A stretch of DNA of 56,142 bases, counting the filler, from an uncultured bacterium (GTDB taxonomy: Bacteria > AUK180), in the NCBI GenBank assembly GCA_937863565.1. It is 4 parts of 4 records of this genome, joined end to end, with 100 filler letters (N's around TTAATTAATTAA, not from the genome) between each part and the next. Parts side by side here need not be neighbours in the genome. Positions count along the whole stretch, not along the records: positions 34,303 to 56,142 come from CALMGJ010000032.1; 3 more parts are not named here. One strand, 5' to 3'. A program made the position numbers and the translations under genes. Below the pieces are notes generated by a model. That model searched no databases and was not told the origin of the DNA. It saw nothing but the letters and a program-made list of their open reading frames with translations. This document shows, piece by piece, positions 46,839 to 55,996 of the stretch (within the stretch, counting starts at the first letter, position 1; every line of letters begins with the position of its first letter).

Positions 46839-47526
46839 CAAGGTGTGGTCGAGAGTCCTTTGGGTCTATAGAAGAGAAAAGATGCTCGGGAACGATAGGC
46901 TGGATTTCAGACGGGCGAGAGAGACGCTTCGTGACCATAGCGGACTTTCCGGAAATATTGAAGAAAAGGTGACGATGAAGGAAATAGACGAACTGAAAAG
47001 TGAGATGGACGGTTGCAGAAAATGCACTATCGCCAAATTAAGGCATCACGCCGTTTTCGGCGAAGGCAATCTCAAAGCGCCGCTTCTATTCGTAGGCGAA
47101 GCCCCGGGCGAGACAGAGGATCTTACAGGACGTCCGTTCGTGGGAAGGGCCGGGAAGAAACTGCGTGAAATATTCGCCGCCATCGGCCTTAAGGAAGATG
47201 ATTTCTATATTACGAACATAATTAAATGCCGTCCGCCGAATAACCGCAATCCCGAGCCGTCCGAGATCAGTAATTGCGCCAAATACCTTGATGCGCAAAT
47301 AAAATTCATGGGGCCAAAGGTCATCTGTGCATTAGGCTCCTTTGCCGCCTGCAGGATGACGGGGTCTGATCTTCCCATAGGCAAAATGAGGGGCAAGGCA
47401 TTCAAAACGGACGGGGCGGCAATCATACCGACATACCACCCCAGTTTCATTCTCCGCAATCCGGCAATGGAACGTTTTCTCAAGGATGACCTTGAACTTG
47501 TGATAAGGACCCTAAAGGGAACATGA
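46831..47526 (+). CDS. Uracil-DNA glycosylase family 4 (Fe-S)
   Basis: CRKC; VFGEG; VGEAPGETED..GRPFVGRAG; TNIIKCRPPNNR.P; TYHPS. Confidence 0.92.
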   Translation: MHNKVWSRVLWVYRREKMLGNDRLDFRRARETLRDHSGLSGNIEEKVTMKEIDELKSEMDGCRKCTIAKLRHHAVFGEGNLKAPLLFVGEAPGETEDLTGRPFVGRAGKKLREIFAAIGLKEDDFYITNIIKCRPPNNRNPEPSEISNCAKYLDAQIKFMGPKVICALGSFAACRMTGSDLPIGKMRGKAFKTDGAAIIPTYHPSFILRNPAMERFLKDDLELVIRTLKGT

Positions 47527-48416
47527 GCGAATACTGCGATATGCACATTCATTCCAATTATTCCGTGGATGGCGAGTTGCCCATTCCCAGGATCCTGGAA
47601 AAGATCCGGGAAGCCGGTTTGTCTGCGGCGATCATCACCGACCACAATGAGATAGAAGGGAGCATCATTGCGCGCGATCTTCTTCAGGATTCGGGGTTGG
47701 ATACGGTGACCGGGCTGGAGATATCGGCGCGCGGCCCGGACAATCTTAATATTCATGTGCTGATCTACGGCTATAGAAATGTGAAGAATCTCCGGGACGC
47801 GATGAAATTCATCAGGACCCAGTATGAGATCCTCACAAAACTCAGGATACAGAAGCTCAAGAGCGAGGGCTTCAATATCGACTGGAGCGATGTGCTCAGA
47901 GAACAGGATACCGTGCCTTCGCTCGGCCCCACTCTGGCAACAGCGGTCATCAAGAGGAACCGTCATGATGATAGACTGAGCCCCTACATTATCGGTGCCC
48001 GTTCGGATAACCCGGGATATAATTTCTATACGGATTATATCAAATCGCCCGGACCGTACAGTGTTGAGTTCAGAGAGTATCATGTTAACGATTCTCTCGA
48101 CCTGGCTGCGGAATTAAAGGTTCCTGCCGTTTTTGCCCACCCGGGTTTTTCAATGCGGAGACTGCCGGATGAGGAGAAGGAGAGTTTTGTAGCCGGCCTG
48201 AAGGAAAGGGGGCTCACAGGAATAGAAGTGTATTCCTCGCACCACACGAAAGAGAATACGGAATTCTTCATGGGCCTTGCAAAAAAATACGATCTTCTTG
48301 TAACGGGAGGTTCCGATTTCCACGGAAGGAAGAAACCCGAGATCCGGATCGGCGGATTGAAGGTCCCGCGAGACTGTTTTGACGGTGTTATCGAAAAAAT
48401 AGGGAAGATGCATTAA
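47523..48416 (+). CDS. PHP-domain phosphoesterase (TrpH/YciV-like)
   Basis: DMHIHSNYSVDG; ITDHN; GLEIS; AHPG; GIEVY; TGGSDFHG. Confidence 0.9.
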   Translation: MSEYCDMHIHSNYSVDGELPIPRILEKIREAGLSAAIITDHNEIEGSIIARDLLQDSGLDTVTGLEISARGPDNLNIHVLIYGYRNVKNLRDAMKFIRTQYEILTKLRIQKLKSEGFNIDWSDVLREQDTVPSLGPTLATAVIKRNRHDDRLSPYIIGARSDNPGYNFYTDYIKSPGPYSVEFREYHVNDSLDLAAELKVPAVFAHPGFSMRRLPDEEKESFVAGLKERGLTGIEVYSSHHTKENTEFFMGLAKKYDLLVTGGSDFHGRKKPEIRIGGLKVPRDCFDGVIEKIGKMH

Positions 48417-48437
48417 AATATCTTAAAGAGGTGAAAG

Positions 48438-49625
48438 ATGAAATACGATGAACTAAGCGAATTCACAAGGGAGCTGATATCCATCGAATCGCTCTCCGGT
48501 GAAGAACGGAACATCGGTGTTTTCCTGAAAAAGAGGATGCACAAATTCGGTTTCAGCGAAACCTACATAGACAAATTCGGAACGGTAGTCGGCATCATCA
48601 GGGGCGCGCTGTCCGGGCCTACGATACTTATGGACGGCCATATCGATCATGTAGTCGTGAACAATCCCGAACTTTGGAGCATGGACCCGTTCAAGGGCGG
48701 GATCAAGGAAGGGAGGATGTACGGCCGGGGCACTTCGGACATGAAAGGCGCGCTTGCCGCGATGATCTTGGCGGCCAAGCATTTTGCCGAGAATAAAAAA
48801 AACCTCAAAGGCAATATCATTGTTACGGGCACTGCCTGGGAAGAGCTCTTTGAAGGTTATACGCTCGGGTATGCCATCGAAGAACTGAAAACAAAAGGAT
48901 ACGCTCCGGATCTTGTCATCATCGGCGAAGCGAGCGAACTCGACCTTAAGATAGGCCAAAGGGGAAGGGCCGAGGTCGTGGTAACTTCTCTGGGAAAATC
49001 CTGTCATTCTTCTAATCCGCAATTCGGCATAAACGCCGTTTACAATGCGATAGACATTATTAAGGCGATCGCCGATGCACCGAGAAAAGAGGATGCGTTC
49101 ATCGGGAAAGCTATATTCGAACTCACGGATATCATCTCCAAACCATATCCGGGGTATTCCGTAGTCCCGGAGGAATGCACGATAAGTTATGACCGCCGGC
49201 TCCTTCCGGGAGAGAGGAAAGAGGACGTGATCGCCGAAGTTGAGAAGACACTTGAGCCGCTGAAAGCGAAGAACGACAAGCTCAAGTACATGATAAATAT
49301 AGTTAAAGGGGAACTTTCCGACGATAAGGGAAGGACCTATGAGACCGATAAATTCGCCCCGGGCTGGGTTTTCCCTCAGGACGCGCCGTTCATCAAGAAA
49401 GCGCTCGCCGGTCTTGAAGGCATCGGATTAAAACCGCGGATCACGAGATACTCTTTCTGCACGAACGGCTCGATGTCGGCCGGCATCATGAATATCCCAA
49501 CGATCGGGTTCGGTCCTTCAGCCGAATCGCAGGCCCATGTGGTAGACGAATACATCGAGATCGATCAGTTAGAAAAAGCTTATGAAGGCTATATGGCCAT
49601 AATAAAAGAAGAAATAAAGGAGTAA
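48438..49625 (+). CDS. M20 family metallo-amidohydrolase (YgeY/ArgE-like)
   Basis: DGHIDHV; GRGTSDMKG; EE; IGEAS; GQRGR; HSSNP; SFCTNGS; GFGP....AH. Confidence 0.85.
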   Translation: MKYDELSEFTRELISIESLSGEERNIGVFLKKRMHKFGFSETYIDKFGTVVGIIRGALSGPTILMDGHIDHVVVNNPELWSMDPFKGGIKEGRMYGRGTSDMKGALAAMILAAKHFAENKKNLKGNIIVTGTAWEELFEGYTLGYAIEELKTKGYAPDLVIIGEASELDLKIGQRGRAEVVVTSLGKSCHSSNPQFGINAVYNAIDIIKAIADAPRKEDAFIGKAIFELTDIISKPYPGYSVVPEECTISYDRRLLPGERKEDVIAEVEKTLEPLKAKNDKLKYMINIVKGELSDDKGRTYETDKFAPGWVFPQDAPFIKKALAGLEGIGLKPRITRYSFCTNGSMSAGIMNIPTIGFGPSAESQAHVVDEYIEIDQLEKAYEGYMAIIKEEIKE

Positions 49626-49628
49626 AAA

Positions 49629-50639
49629 ATGGGAAAACTGACGGGAAAGGACCTGATCACAACGATCGATTGGGAAAAGGACGATCTTATCAAGCTTCTT
49701 GAACTGGCAGAGGACATGCAGAAGAACAGATATCATAAGAAGTACACCGAAGTGTTGAAATACAAGACCTTCATGATGTTCTTCTATAATCCATCGGTCA
49801 GAACAAGGCAATCTTTTGAAACGGCGGCCACGGAGCTCGGCGGCCATGCGCAATTCCTCGAGCCCAAATCGATGAGGCTCAAAACGGCGAAAACAGCGGG
49901 TGAAACAGTGGAAGATGCGGCGAATGTAATGAGCAGATACGGGGCCGGCCTCGGGATAAGGATACTCGAAGACCAGATCTCTGCTTACGGAGAAGGGGAG
50001 AAACTCCTCCGCGAGTATGCCCATTATTCTTCGATCCCCGTGATGTCGATGGCTCACGATAAATTCCACCCTATGCAGGGCCTTGCCGATATCATGGGTT
50101 TGAGGAAACACCTCGGGAAAAAACTTGAGGGAAAAACCTTCACGCTCGTATGGGGAAAAGGCGCGCTCGCCCGTTCCTGGAGCTCGATCCAGGAAGCCCT
50201 GGTATTGTATTCGCGGTTCGGGATGAATGTCCGCATCGCTTCACCCGAAGGTTATGACCTCGATCCGGAAGTGATCGATTACACAAAGTCCCAGTGCGAG
50301 AAGAACGGCAAGAAATTCCTCATTACGCATGATCAGAAAGAGGCCTATGAGGGTTCCAATATCATCTATTCGCGAAACTGGATGACTCCGAACGCCTATG
50401 CGAACGGCTCATTGGATAAACAGGGCGAGATAGAAAAATCTCTCAAATACAATGACTGGATCTGCGATATGGAGAAGATGAAACTTACGGACGACGCGGT
50501 ATTCGTTCATCCCATGCCCGTGGACAGAGGGAATGAAGTGACCGATGAAGTGGCCTCCGGCAAAAGATCTATCATCTACGATATCGCCGAGAACCGCCTC
50601 CATGTTCAGAAAGCCGCGATGATGATGACGATGGTCTAG
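49629..50639 (+). CDS. Ornithine/acetylornithine carbamoyltransferase-family enzyme, specificity uncertain
   Basis: FYNPSVRTRQSF; HPMQGLAD; HPMPVDRGNEV; AENRLHVQKA. Confidence 0.85.
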   Translation: MGKLTGKDLITTIDWEKDDLIKLLELAEDMQKNRYHKKYTEVLKYKTFMMFFYNPSVRTRQSFETAATELGGHAQFLEPKSMRLKTAKTAGETVEDAANVMSRYGAGLGIRILEDQISAYGEGEKLLREYAHYSSIPVMSMAHDKFHPMQGLADIMGLRKHLGKKLEGKTFTLVWGKGALARSWSSIQEALVLYSRFGMNVRIASPEGYDLDPEVIDYTKSQCEKNGKKFLITHDQKEAYEGSNIIYSRNWMTPNAYANGSLDKQGEIEKSLKYNDWICDMEKMKLTDDAVFVHPMPVDRGNEVTDEVASGKRSIIYDIAENRLHVQKAAMMMTMV

Positions 50640-50652
50640 AAAGGCCTGTAAT

Positions 50653-51594
50653 ATGAAGAAAGCAGTTATCGCGATAGGCGGCAATTCACTCATTAAGGAC
50701 AAGGAGCATCAATCCGTACCCGATCAGCACAATGCGGTCGTGGAGACCTGCGAACATATAGCCGATCTCATCACCGCGGGATACGAGGTCGTGATCACCC
50801 ACGGCAATGGCCCGCAGGTGGGGTTCATCCTTCTGCGTTCGGAGATCGCATCCAAACAGCTTCATACTGTCCCCCTCGATTACTGCGGTGCGGACACGCA
50901 AGGGGCTATCGGATACTCGATACAGCGCGCCATGATGAATATATTCAAACAAAGGGGGATCAAAGGCCACGATACGGTCACCGTCGTGACACAGGTGCTT
51001 GTCGACCGCAATGATCCCGCTTTCAAGAATCCCTCAAAGCCGATCGGTCCGTTCTACTCAGTCGCCGAGGCAAAAGAGAGAAAGGATAAAGAAGGCTGGG
51101 ATATCGTTGAGGACGCAGGAAGAGGCTGGCGCAGGGTCGTGCCTTCACCGAAACCGGTCAAGATACTCGAGATAGACGCGATAAAAGACCTTGTTGCGAA
51201 AAAATTCACGGTTGTCGCCGCCGGCGGCGGCGGGATACCGGTCATTGAAAAGGAGGACGGACAGATAGAAGGCATCGCCGCGGTGATAGATAAGGACTAT
51301 GCGTCGAGCCTTCTTGCCAGCGAGATCAAAGCTGATATCTTCATTATTTCAACGGCTGTGGACAAGGTCTACCTGAATTTCGGGAAAGAGGATCAGAAAG
51401 CGCTTGATAAGATCACATTCAAGGAGGCCAGGCAGTACATGGAAGAGGGGCACTTTAAAAAAGGCTCAATGCTTCCCAAGGTGGAGGCGGCCCTGAGTTT
51501 CCTCGAACATGGCGGCCACAAAGCGATCATCACCAATCCCGAGAATCTCCGCAATGCCGTAGAGGGAAAGTCGGGGACGACGATCGTAAAATAA
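50653..51594 (+). CDS. arcC: Carbamate kinase
   Basis: AIGGNSL; THGNGPQVG; TQGAIGY; PSKPIGPFY; GWRRVVPSP; GGGGIPV; AVIDKD; GSMLPKV. Confidence 0.95.
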   Translation: MKKAVIAIGGNSLIKDKEHQSVPDQHNAVVETCEHIADLITAGYEVVITHGNGPQVGFILLRSEIASKQLHTVPLDYCGADTQGAIGYSIQRAMMNIFKQRGIKGHDTVTVVTQVLVDRNDPAFKNPSKPIGPFYSVAEAKERKDKEGWDIVEDAGRGWRRVVPSPKPVKILEIDAIKDLVAKKFTVVAAGGGGIPVIEKEDGQIEGIAAVIDKDYASSLLASEIKADIFIISTAVDKVYLNFGKEDQKALDKITFKEARQYMEEGHFKKGSMLPKVEAALSFLEHGGHKAIITNPENLRNAVEGKSGTTIVK

Positions 51595-51620
51595 AGGCCC
51601 GGTCCGTATGAAATAATGAT

Positions 51621-53513
51621 TCACCGGATTGCCGCATGCTTTTTTAAAAGCGTTATGCCGGCGCGGACCGCGAAAAAGATGATTATCGAATAAAAATATC
51701 CCGCAAAGGGCAATAGCAGAAGCCCGGAGCACACGGTACCCGCAAGCGCTCCTGCATAATCGAGCCCGAGCGCCGCGCGGTCCGAAGCCAACGCAGTATT
51801 GTCCGCGAACTCGCCTCCTCCGAGAAAGGCAAGAGCCGAAAGCAATAACAGAATGAACAAAACGCTCTGAACGCTCATCAGAATATAAACGGCGAATATG
51901 GCGAACAATAGAAGTTTCAGAGCTGAAAAACCGGGAAAGAAATCGCGCCTTTTTTCAAACAGAAGATTTCCGGCAAAAAGGCCTCCGATCACAAGTCCTG
52001 CAATCACCGGCTCTAGAAGGTAAGATTCTCCGAAGAACGATTCGATATAGATCAGAACGAACATCTTAAGCGCGATATTCTCCATTCCTGCGAATGAAAG
52101 CGTGAAACGCTTCTTGAAGAAGAAGAACATAAAAAGAACAAAACCCAATACGCAGAAAGCAAGAACCGCTGCGACTTCTCTCCTTCCGAATCCTTTATAA
52201 TAAGAAAGCGCTGAAAAGAGGAATGGCCTGCCTTGCCCTGCGGCATTTTCCCGGATCGCTTCTCCGATGCCGAATCCGTTCAGCATCAAGGCCTCCTCGG
52301 GGCGTATCGATGAGAAACGGCCTTGCATATGAGCGCTCAGGGCTTCCTTGGTCACAGGTATGGGCCTTTTTGAAAGGATGCAAAGCATTGACGGGCCGGG
52401 TTCGAAATGTCGGTAAGGGAAATACGAGCAAGCATTCCCGGCTATATGAAGAAGAATATTCCCCAGTTCCCTTCCGATGTAATTCTCTTCCCCGTAAATA
52501 TAGAAGAAAACGGTTCCGCCGTCTCCGGTGATCCTGTCCAGCGCGCGGAAAGAACCCGTACTCACCTTCGACAGATCACTTGTGTTTAAAAGATCAAGTC
52601 CTCCGAGATAGACTGAATCGAAGCTTTTATCCGTTTTTCTTATGAAACGTGCAAAATTCCGTTTTATACCGTGCAAGGGCCGCTTAAAAAATTCGCTTCT
52701 GGCTTCAAAGGTTCTCACTCCCTCCTTTCCAAGAAGTTCCCTCTGCCATTCCGTTAACTCCTCTGAAGAAAGAAGAGAGCGCGGTTTATTGACCGGAAAT
52801 GAAAGAGGAATGAGCATTTCCGCCGTCTGATCGCTCCGGTTCTCCATCACCCTGAAGGAGCGCATGTTCCGGGCAAGAACATGCCTGCCGTCCTTTCTGA
52901 AAGAAATGTACTGCCCCGACGGGGATTCGCGGATCGAGAGATCATATCCCCTGTAGTTCTTGAGATAGAAGCCCTTCAAATTGAAGAAACACATTGCGAT
53001 CAGAACAGCGCAGGCGAGATATTCCAAAGGTTTCCTTTTAAGAAAAAGTACTGCCGCAGCGAAAAATAACGCATAAACGAAATACGAATTTAGGCCAATG
53101 ATAAAAAGAAGATAGCAGGCGATGCTGCCTGCTGCGAACCCGAGGTTCTCAAGTCTGTAGTAATCATTGATCATTCCTTTATTCTCAAGAAAGGAATAGA
53201 AATAGATGAAAAAGAGCGCGCCGCTGAAACCCGTGAATAAAAAGTGAACCGCAGGATGCCCTTCGGAAAACCTGAGATAAAAAGTCAATAATGCCAGTAC
53301 TGTAAGATAGGCGGAAGGGAATGATACGGCTTCAAGGAATAAAGGGCGTTTATAGAATAATGCGGAGAATATCGCGCCGGTGAACCAGGATGAAAAGAAC
53401 AGCGTTATAGTGAATATATCGATATGAGATATAAGGAAAAGAGTTCTGAAGAGGAATATCTGAACGGCTGCGGTGAGAAAGCCGAGGATTAAAGCCTTCT
53501 TAGAACCTTCCAT
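51621..53513 (-). CDS. Membrane protein resembling a degenerate membrane-fused spermidine synthase
   Basis: N- and C-terminal TM bundles (YRLENLG.A.G; LDYAGALAG) flanking a soluble region with ESPSGQ, NFARFIRKTDKSFDSVY and ITGDGG.V; SAM-binding Gly motif not evident. Confidence 0.55.
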   Translation of the reverse strand: MEGSKKALILGFLTAAVQIFLFRTLFLISHIDIFTITLFFSSWFTGAIFSALFYKRPLFLEAVSFPSAYLTVLALLTFYLRFSEGHPAVHFLFTGFSGALFFIYFYSFLENKGMINDYYRLENLGFAAGSIACYLLFIIGLNSYFVYALFFAAAVLFLKRKPLEYLACAVLIAMCFFNLKGFYLKNYRGYDLSIRESPSGQYISFRKDGRHVLARNMRSFRVMENRSDQTAEMLIPLSFPVNKPRSLLSSEELTEWQRELLGKEGVRTFEARSEFFKRPLHGIKRNFARFIRKTDKSFDSVYLGGLDLLNTSDLSKVSTGSFRALDRITGDGGTVFFYIYGEENYIGRELGNILLHIAGNACSYFPYRHFEPGPSMLCILSKRPIPVTKEALSAHMQGRFSSIRPEEALMLNGFGIGEAIRENAAGQGRPFLFSALSYYKGFGRREVAAVLAFCVLGFVLFMFFFFKKRFTLSFAGMENIALKMFVLIYIESFFGESYLLEPVIAGLVIGGLFAGNLLFEKRRDFFPGFSALKLLLFAIFAVYILMSVQSVLFILLLLSALAFLGGGEFADNTALASDRAALGLDYAGALAGTVCSGLLLLPFAGYFYSIIIFFAVRAGITLLKKHAAIR

Positions 53514-54570
53514 CGATCACGGTCCCGCACATCGGGCATTTCCCGTATACGGCGGAATTCTTCCTTATGACATATCCCGTTCTTTCGATGAGCGCGTATC
53601 CGCATTTCTTACAGACGGTCGCCTCGTAGACCGAATCCCTGAGATTCCCGAGATAGACATACTTGAATCCTGCCTTGGTAAGCATTTCCGCGATCTCCTT
53701 AAGCCTTGTTTCGGGAGTTGCCGGCACATCCGTCATCTTATAATTCGGAAAGAACCTCAAAATATGAACAGGGACGCAGGTTCCCAGATTGATTAATACC
53801 CAATCCGCGAATTTCCGCATCATTTCTCCGGAATCGTTTTTGCCGGGTATGGCAAGATAGACGATCTCGATCCAGATGCCTGCCTTGAAAAGAGAAATGA
53901 TATTATCCAGCACGGGCTCAAGCTCCCCGCCTAATTCCTTCCGGTAATATTCGGGGTCCATGCTCTTTATATCCACGGTTACGGCATCTATGTAGGGCAT
54001 TAGTTTTTCGAGAGGGTCTTTTTCCATAAGAAGGGCCGTGACCAGGACATTCTTCAAACCGCTCTTTTTTGCGAGTTTTGCGCATTCATAAGTGAATTCA
54101 TAGGATACTACAGGCTCGGAATATGTGTAGGCGATCATCCGGCATCGGTTTTTTTGGGCTTCCCCGATGATGTCTTCAGGTTCCATCGACCTGCAGGAGA
54201 GTTTGAGAGGCGAGTTCTGGGAAAGGGTCCAGTTCTGGCAGAATTTGCAGTGCATATTGCATCCGGCCGATGCGATGGATAGTATCGGACTTCCCGGATA
54301 GAAATGATAAAGCGGCTTCTTTTCCACCGGATCGATATTGAGCGCGGCTATCCTGCCGTAATTGATGGCGATCAGTCTGCCCTCAATATTCTTCCTTGCT
54401 CTGCAGTCGCCTTCTTCACCGGGCGAGAGGGGGCAGTGCTTAGGGCACAGGAGGCATTTTATTTTTTTCTTCGGAAGTTTTTCGTAGTAGTCCGCTTCCT
54501 TTGCCGCAGCGGAAAAAAGGGATCCGGACAGGATAAAAATAGAAGTAAAAAGAATGATTGCCCTTTTCAT
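53500..54570 (-). CDS. amrS: AmmeMemoRadiSam system radical SAM enzyme with N-terminal signal peptide
   Basis: CLLCPKHC...G.C.AR; DPVEKKPLYHFYPG; GCNMHCKFCQNW.LSQ; AYTYSEP; P.HILRFFP.Y; YVYLGN; CKKC/CPMC. Confidence 0.9.
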   Translation of the reverse strand: MKRAIILFTSIFILSGSLFSAAAKEADYYEKLPKKKIKCLLCPKHCPLSPGEEGDCRARKNIEGRLIAINYGRIAALNIDPVEKKPLYHFYPGSPILSIASAGCNMHCKFCQNWTLSQNSPLKLSCRSMEPEDIIGEAQKNRCRMIAYTYSEPVVSYEFTYECAKLAKKSGLKNVLVTALLMEKDPLEKLMPYIDAVTVDIKSMDPEYYRKELGGELEPVLDNIISLFKAGIWIEIVYLAIPGKNDSGEMMRKFADWVLINLGTCVPVHILRFFPNYKMTDVPATPETRLKEIAEMLTKAGFKYVYLGNLRDSVYEATVCKKCGYALIERTGYVIRKNSAVYGKCPMCGTVIDGRF

Positions 54571-54579
54571 TAAAAAATA

Positions 54580-55908
54580 TTACGCTTCCCCGGCTTTGTC
54601 GTCGAGCGATTCCGACATTTCCTCGCCGACCTCGACGGGCCTGGAATTATCCACGATCATATTCGGTCTGATTGATTCCTTTAACTTCCCGAAGTCAAGG
54701 CTCTGCCTGAAATTCTCCTCATTCCTTACAAGCACGGTCCCTTTCAGGGGATTGAATCCTATGATCTCAAACGTTTCGCTTTTGCCGTCATCGCCCTGAT
54801 ATTTGAATTTCTTCGGAAGGGTGTTGAGCTTCTCCACGAATTCGAGATAGTTGACGTACTCATATTTCAAACAGCATAAAAGCCTGTTGCAGAGCCCTGT
54901 GATCTTCTCGGTATTTATATCCATGTTCTGTATCTTAGCCATCCTAAGGACTATCGGTTCGAATTTGCTTATATACCTTGAACAGCACGTGACCTGCCCG
55001 CAGATGCCGAGGGTGGGGAAGGTCTTAAGTTCGTCCCTTATACCTATCTGCTTCATCTCGATCCTTTTGCGGAGATTCCCGGCAAGGTTCTTCACAAGAT
55101 TACGGAAGTCCACTCGGCCTTCCGAGGTATAGTAGAAGAAAACTTTTTTCTCGCTTAGATTGTATTCGGCTCTGAGAAGGTTCATCTGCAGTTTATCCGA
55201 ATCTGCGAATTTCCTGCAAACGGCGAAAGCTTCGTTCTCGTCCTTTTCTATCTTCCGCAGTATCCTGTCTATGGTCGCGTCAATAGGTCCGAGTATCTTG
55301 ATGTCCGGCTTGAAATTATCGGTCCCATCCTTCTTGCAGTTATTGCGGAGAAATTTCCCTGTCCATAAACCGTCGTCCTTCAGAACTACGATCCTGTCGT
55401 CCTTATCGAAGCGCTGTTTCGTCGAGGCAAGCGCGTATTCCTGAGTAAAACGCATCTTGATGCAGGAAACGGAATAGAAGTCGGTGATGAAAGAGATATG
55501 GGTTTTGAGCATATCTTCGAGGTCCGATTCGGCCTTCGCAAAATCAACGAACCCTTTCTTCTGGTAGTAAATATTAAGGCGCGTTCTGTTAAAATTGATC
55601 TCAAGTTCGTATATCTTTATCGGCGCCTGCCCCTCCTCGAAATAGTTCATCACTTTTTCTTTGTATTCGGTCTCGGTCTCATAATTCTGGTTTATTATCT
55701 TCTGGTCCTCTCCCTGTATATTGCCGTGAAAAGTGGGCGCTCCTTCGATATATTCATGGTCGATAGGGAAATCTATCACCTTTGCTACCCAGATGCCGTC
55801 CGTCATCTTAACGAGGACATCGGATCCGATCCTGATATGATCTTCGCTTTTCGCGAAAAACACGACAAAATTGTCGGCTCTGTTCATTATACCGAAATAC
55901 GCTTTCAT
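54580..55908 (-). CDS. ricT: RicT/YaaT (PSP1) family Fe-S protein with duplicated N-terminal PSP1 module
   Basis: YTSEGRVDFRNLVK.LA....RIEMKQIGIRDE; GICG...CC; MAK.Q; KITGLCNRLLCCLKYE; start reassigned to MKAYFG (55908). Confidence 0.85.
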   Translation of the reverse strand: MKAYFGIMNRADNFVVFFAKSEDHIRIGSDVLVKMTDGIWVAKVIDFPIDHEYIEGAPTFHGNIQGEDQKIINQNYETETEYKEKVMNYFEEGQAPIKIYELEINFNRTRLNIYYQKKGFVDFAKAESDLEDMLKTHISFITDFYSVSCIKMRFTQEYALASTKQRFDKDDRIVVLKDDGLWTGKFLRNNCKKDGTDNFKPDIKILGPIDATIDRILRKIEKDENEAFAVCRKFADSDKLQMNLLRAEYNLSEKKVFFYYTSEGRVDFRNLVKNLAGNLRKRIEMKQIGIRDELKTFPTLGICGQVTCCSRYISKFEPIVLRMAKIQNMDINTEKITGLCNRLLCCLKYEYVNYLEFVEKLNTLPKKFKYQGDDGKSETFEIIGFNPLKGTVLVRNEENFRQSLDFGKLKESIRPNMIVDNSRPVEVGEEMSESLDDKAGEA

Positions 55909-55915
55909 ACACTCT

Positions 55916-55944
55916 ATTATAGCACTTTTACCCATATTTCCAAA
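55916..55944 (-). promoter_or_regulatory. Extended -10 sigma70 promoter; leaderless ricT mRNA
   Basis: TGcTATAAT 7 nt upstream of ATG 55908; TTGGAA about 16 nt upstream. Confidence 0.6.
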
Positions 55945-55996
55945 ATCCGCTCTACGGCTTCCTTTGCTCAGAACACTGCTCTTCAGTGCTTCATCG

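Noticed and set aside
44750-48083. Long minus-strand ORFs 44750-45685 and 47205-48083
   Set aside because: Antisense to well-supported radical SAM, UDG and PHP genes
55909-55935. ORF-track start MGKSAIIEC for ricT
   Set aside because: These codons overlap the TGcTATAAT promoter element; ATG 55908 is more plausible
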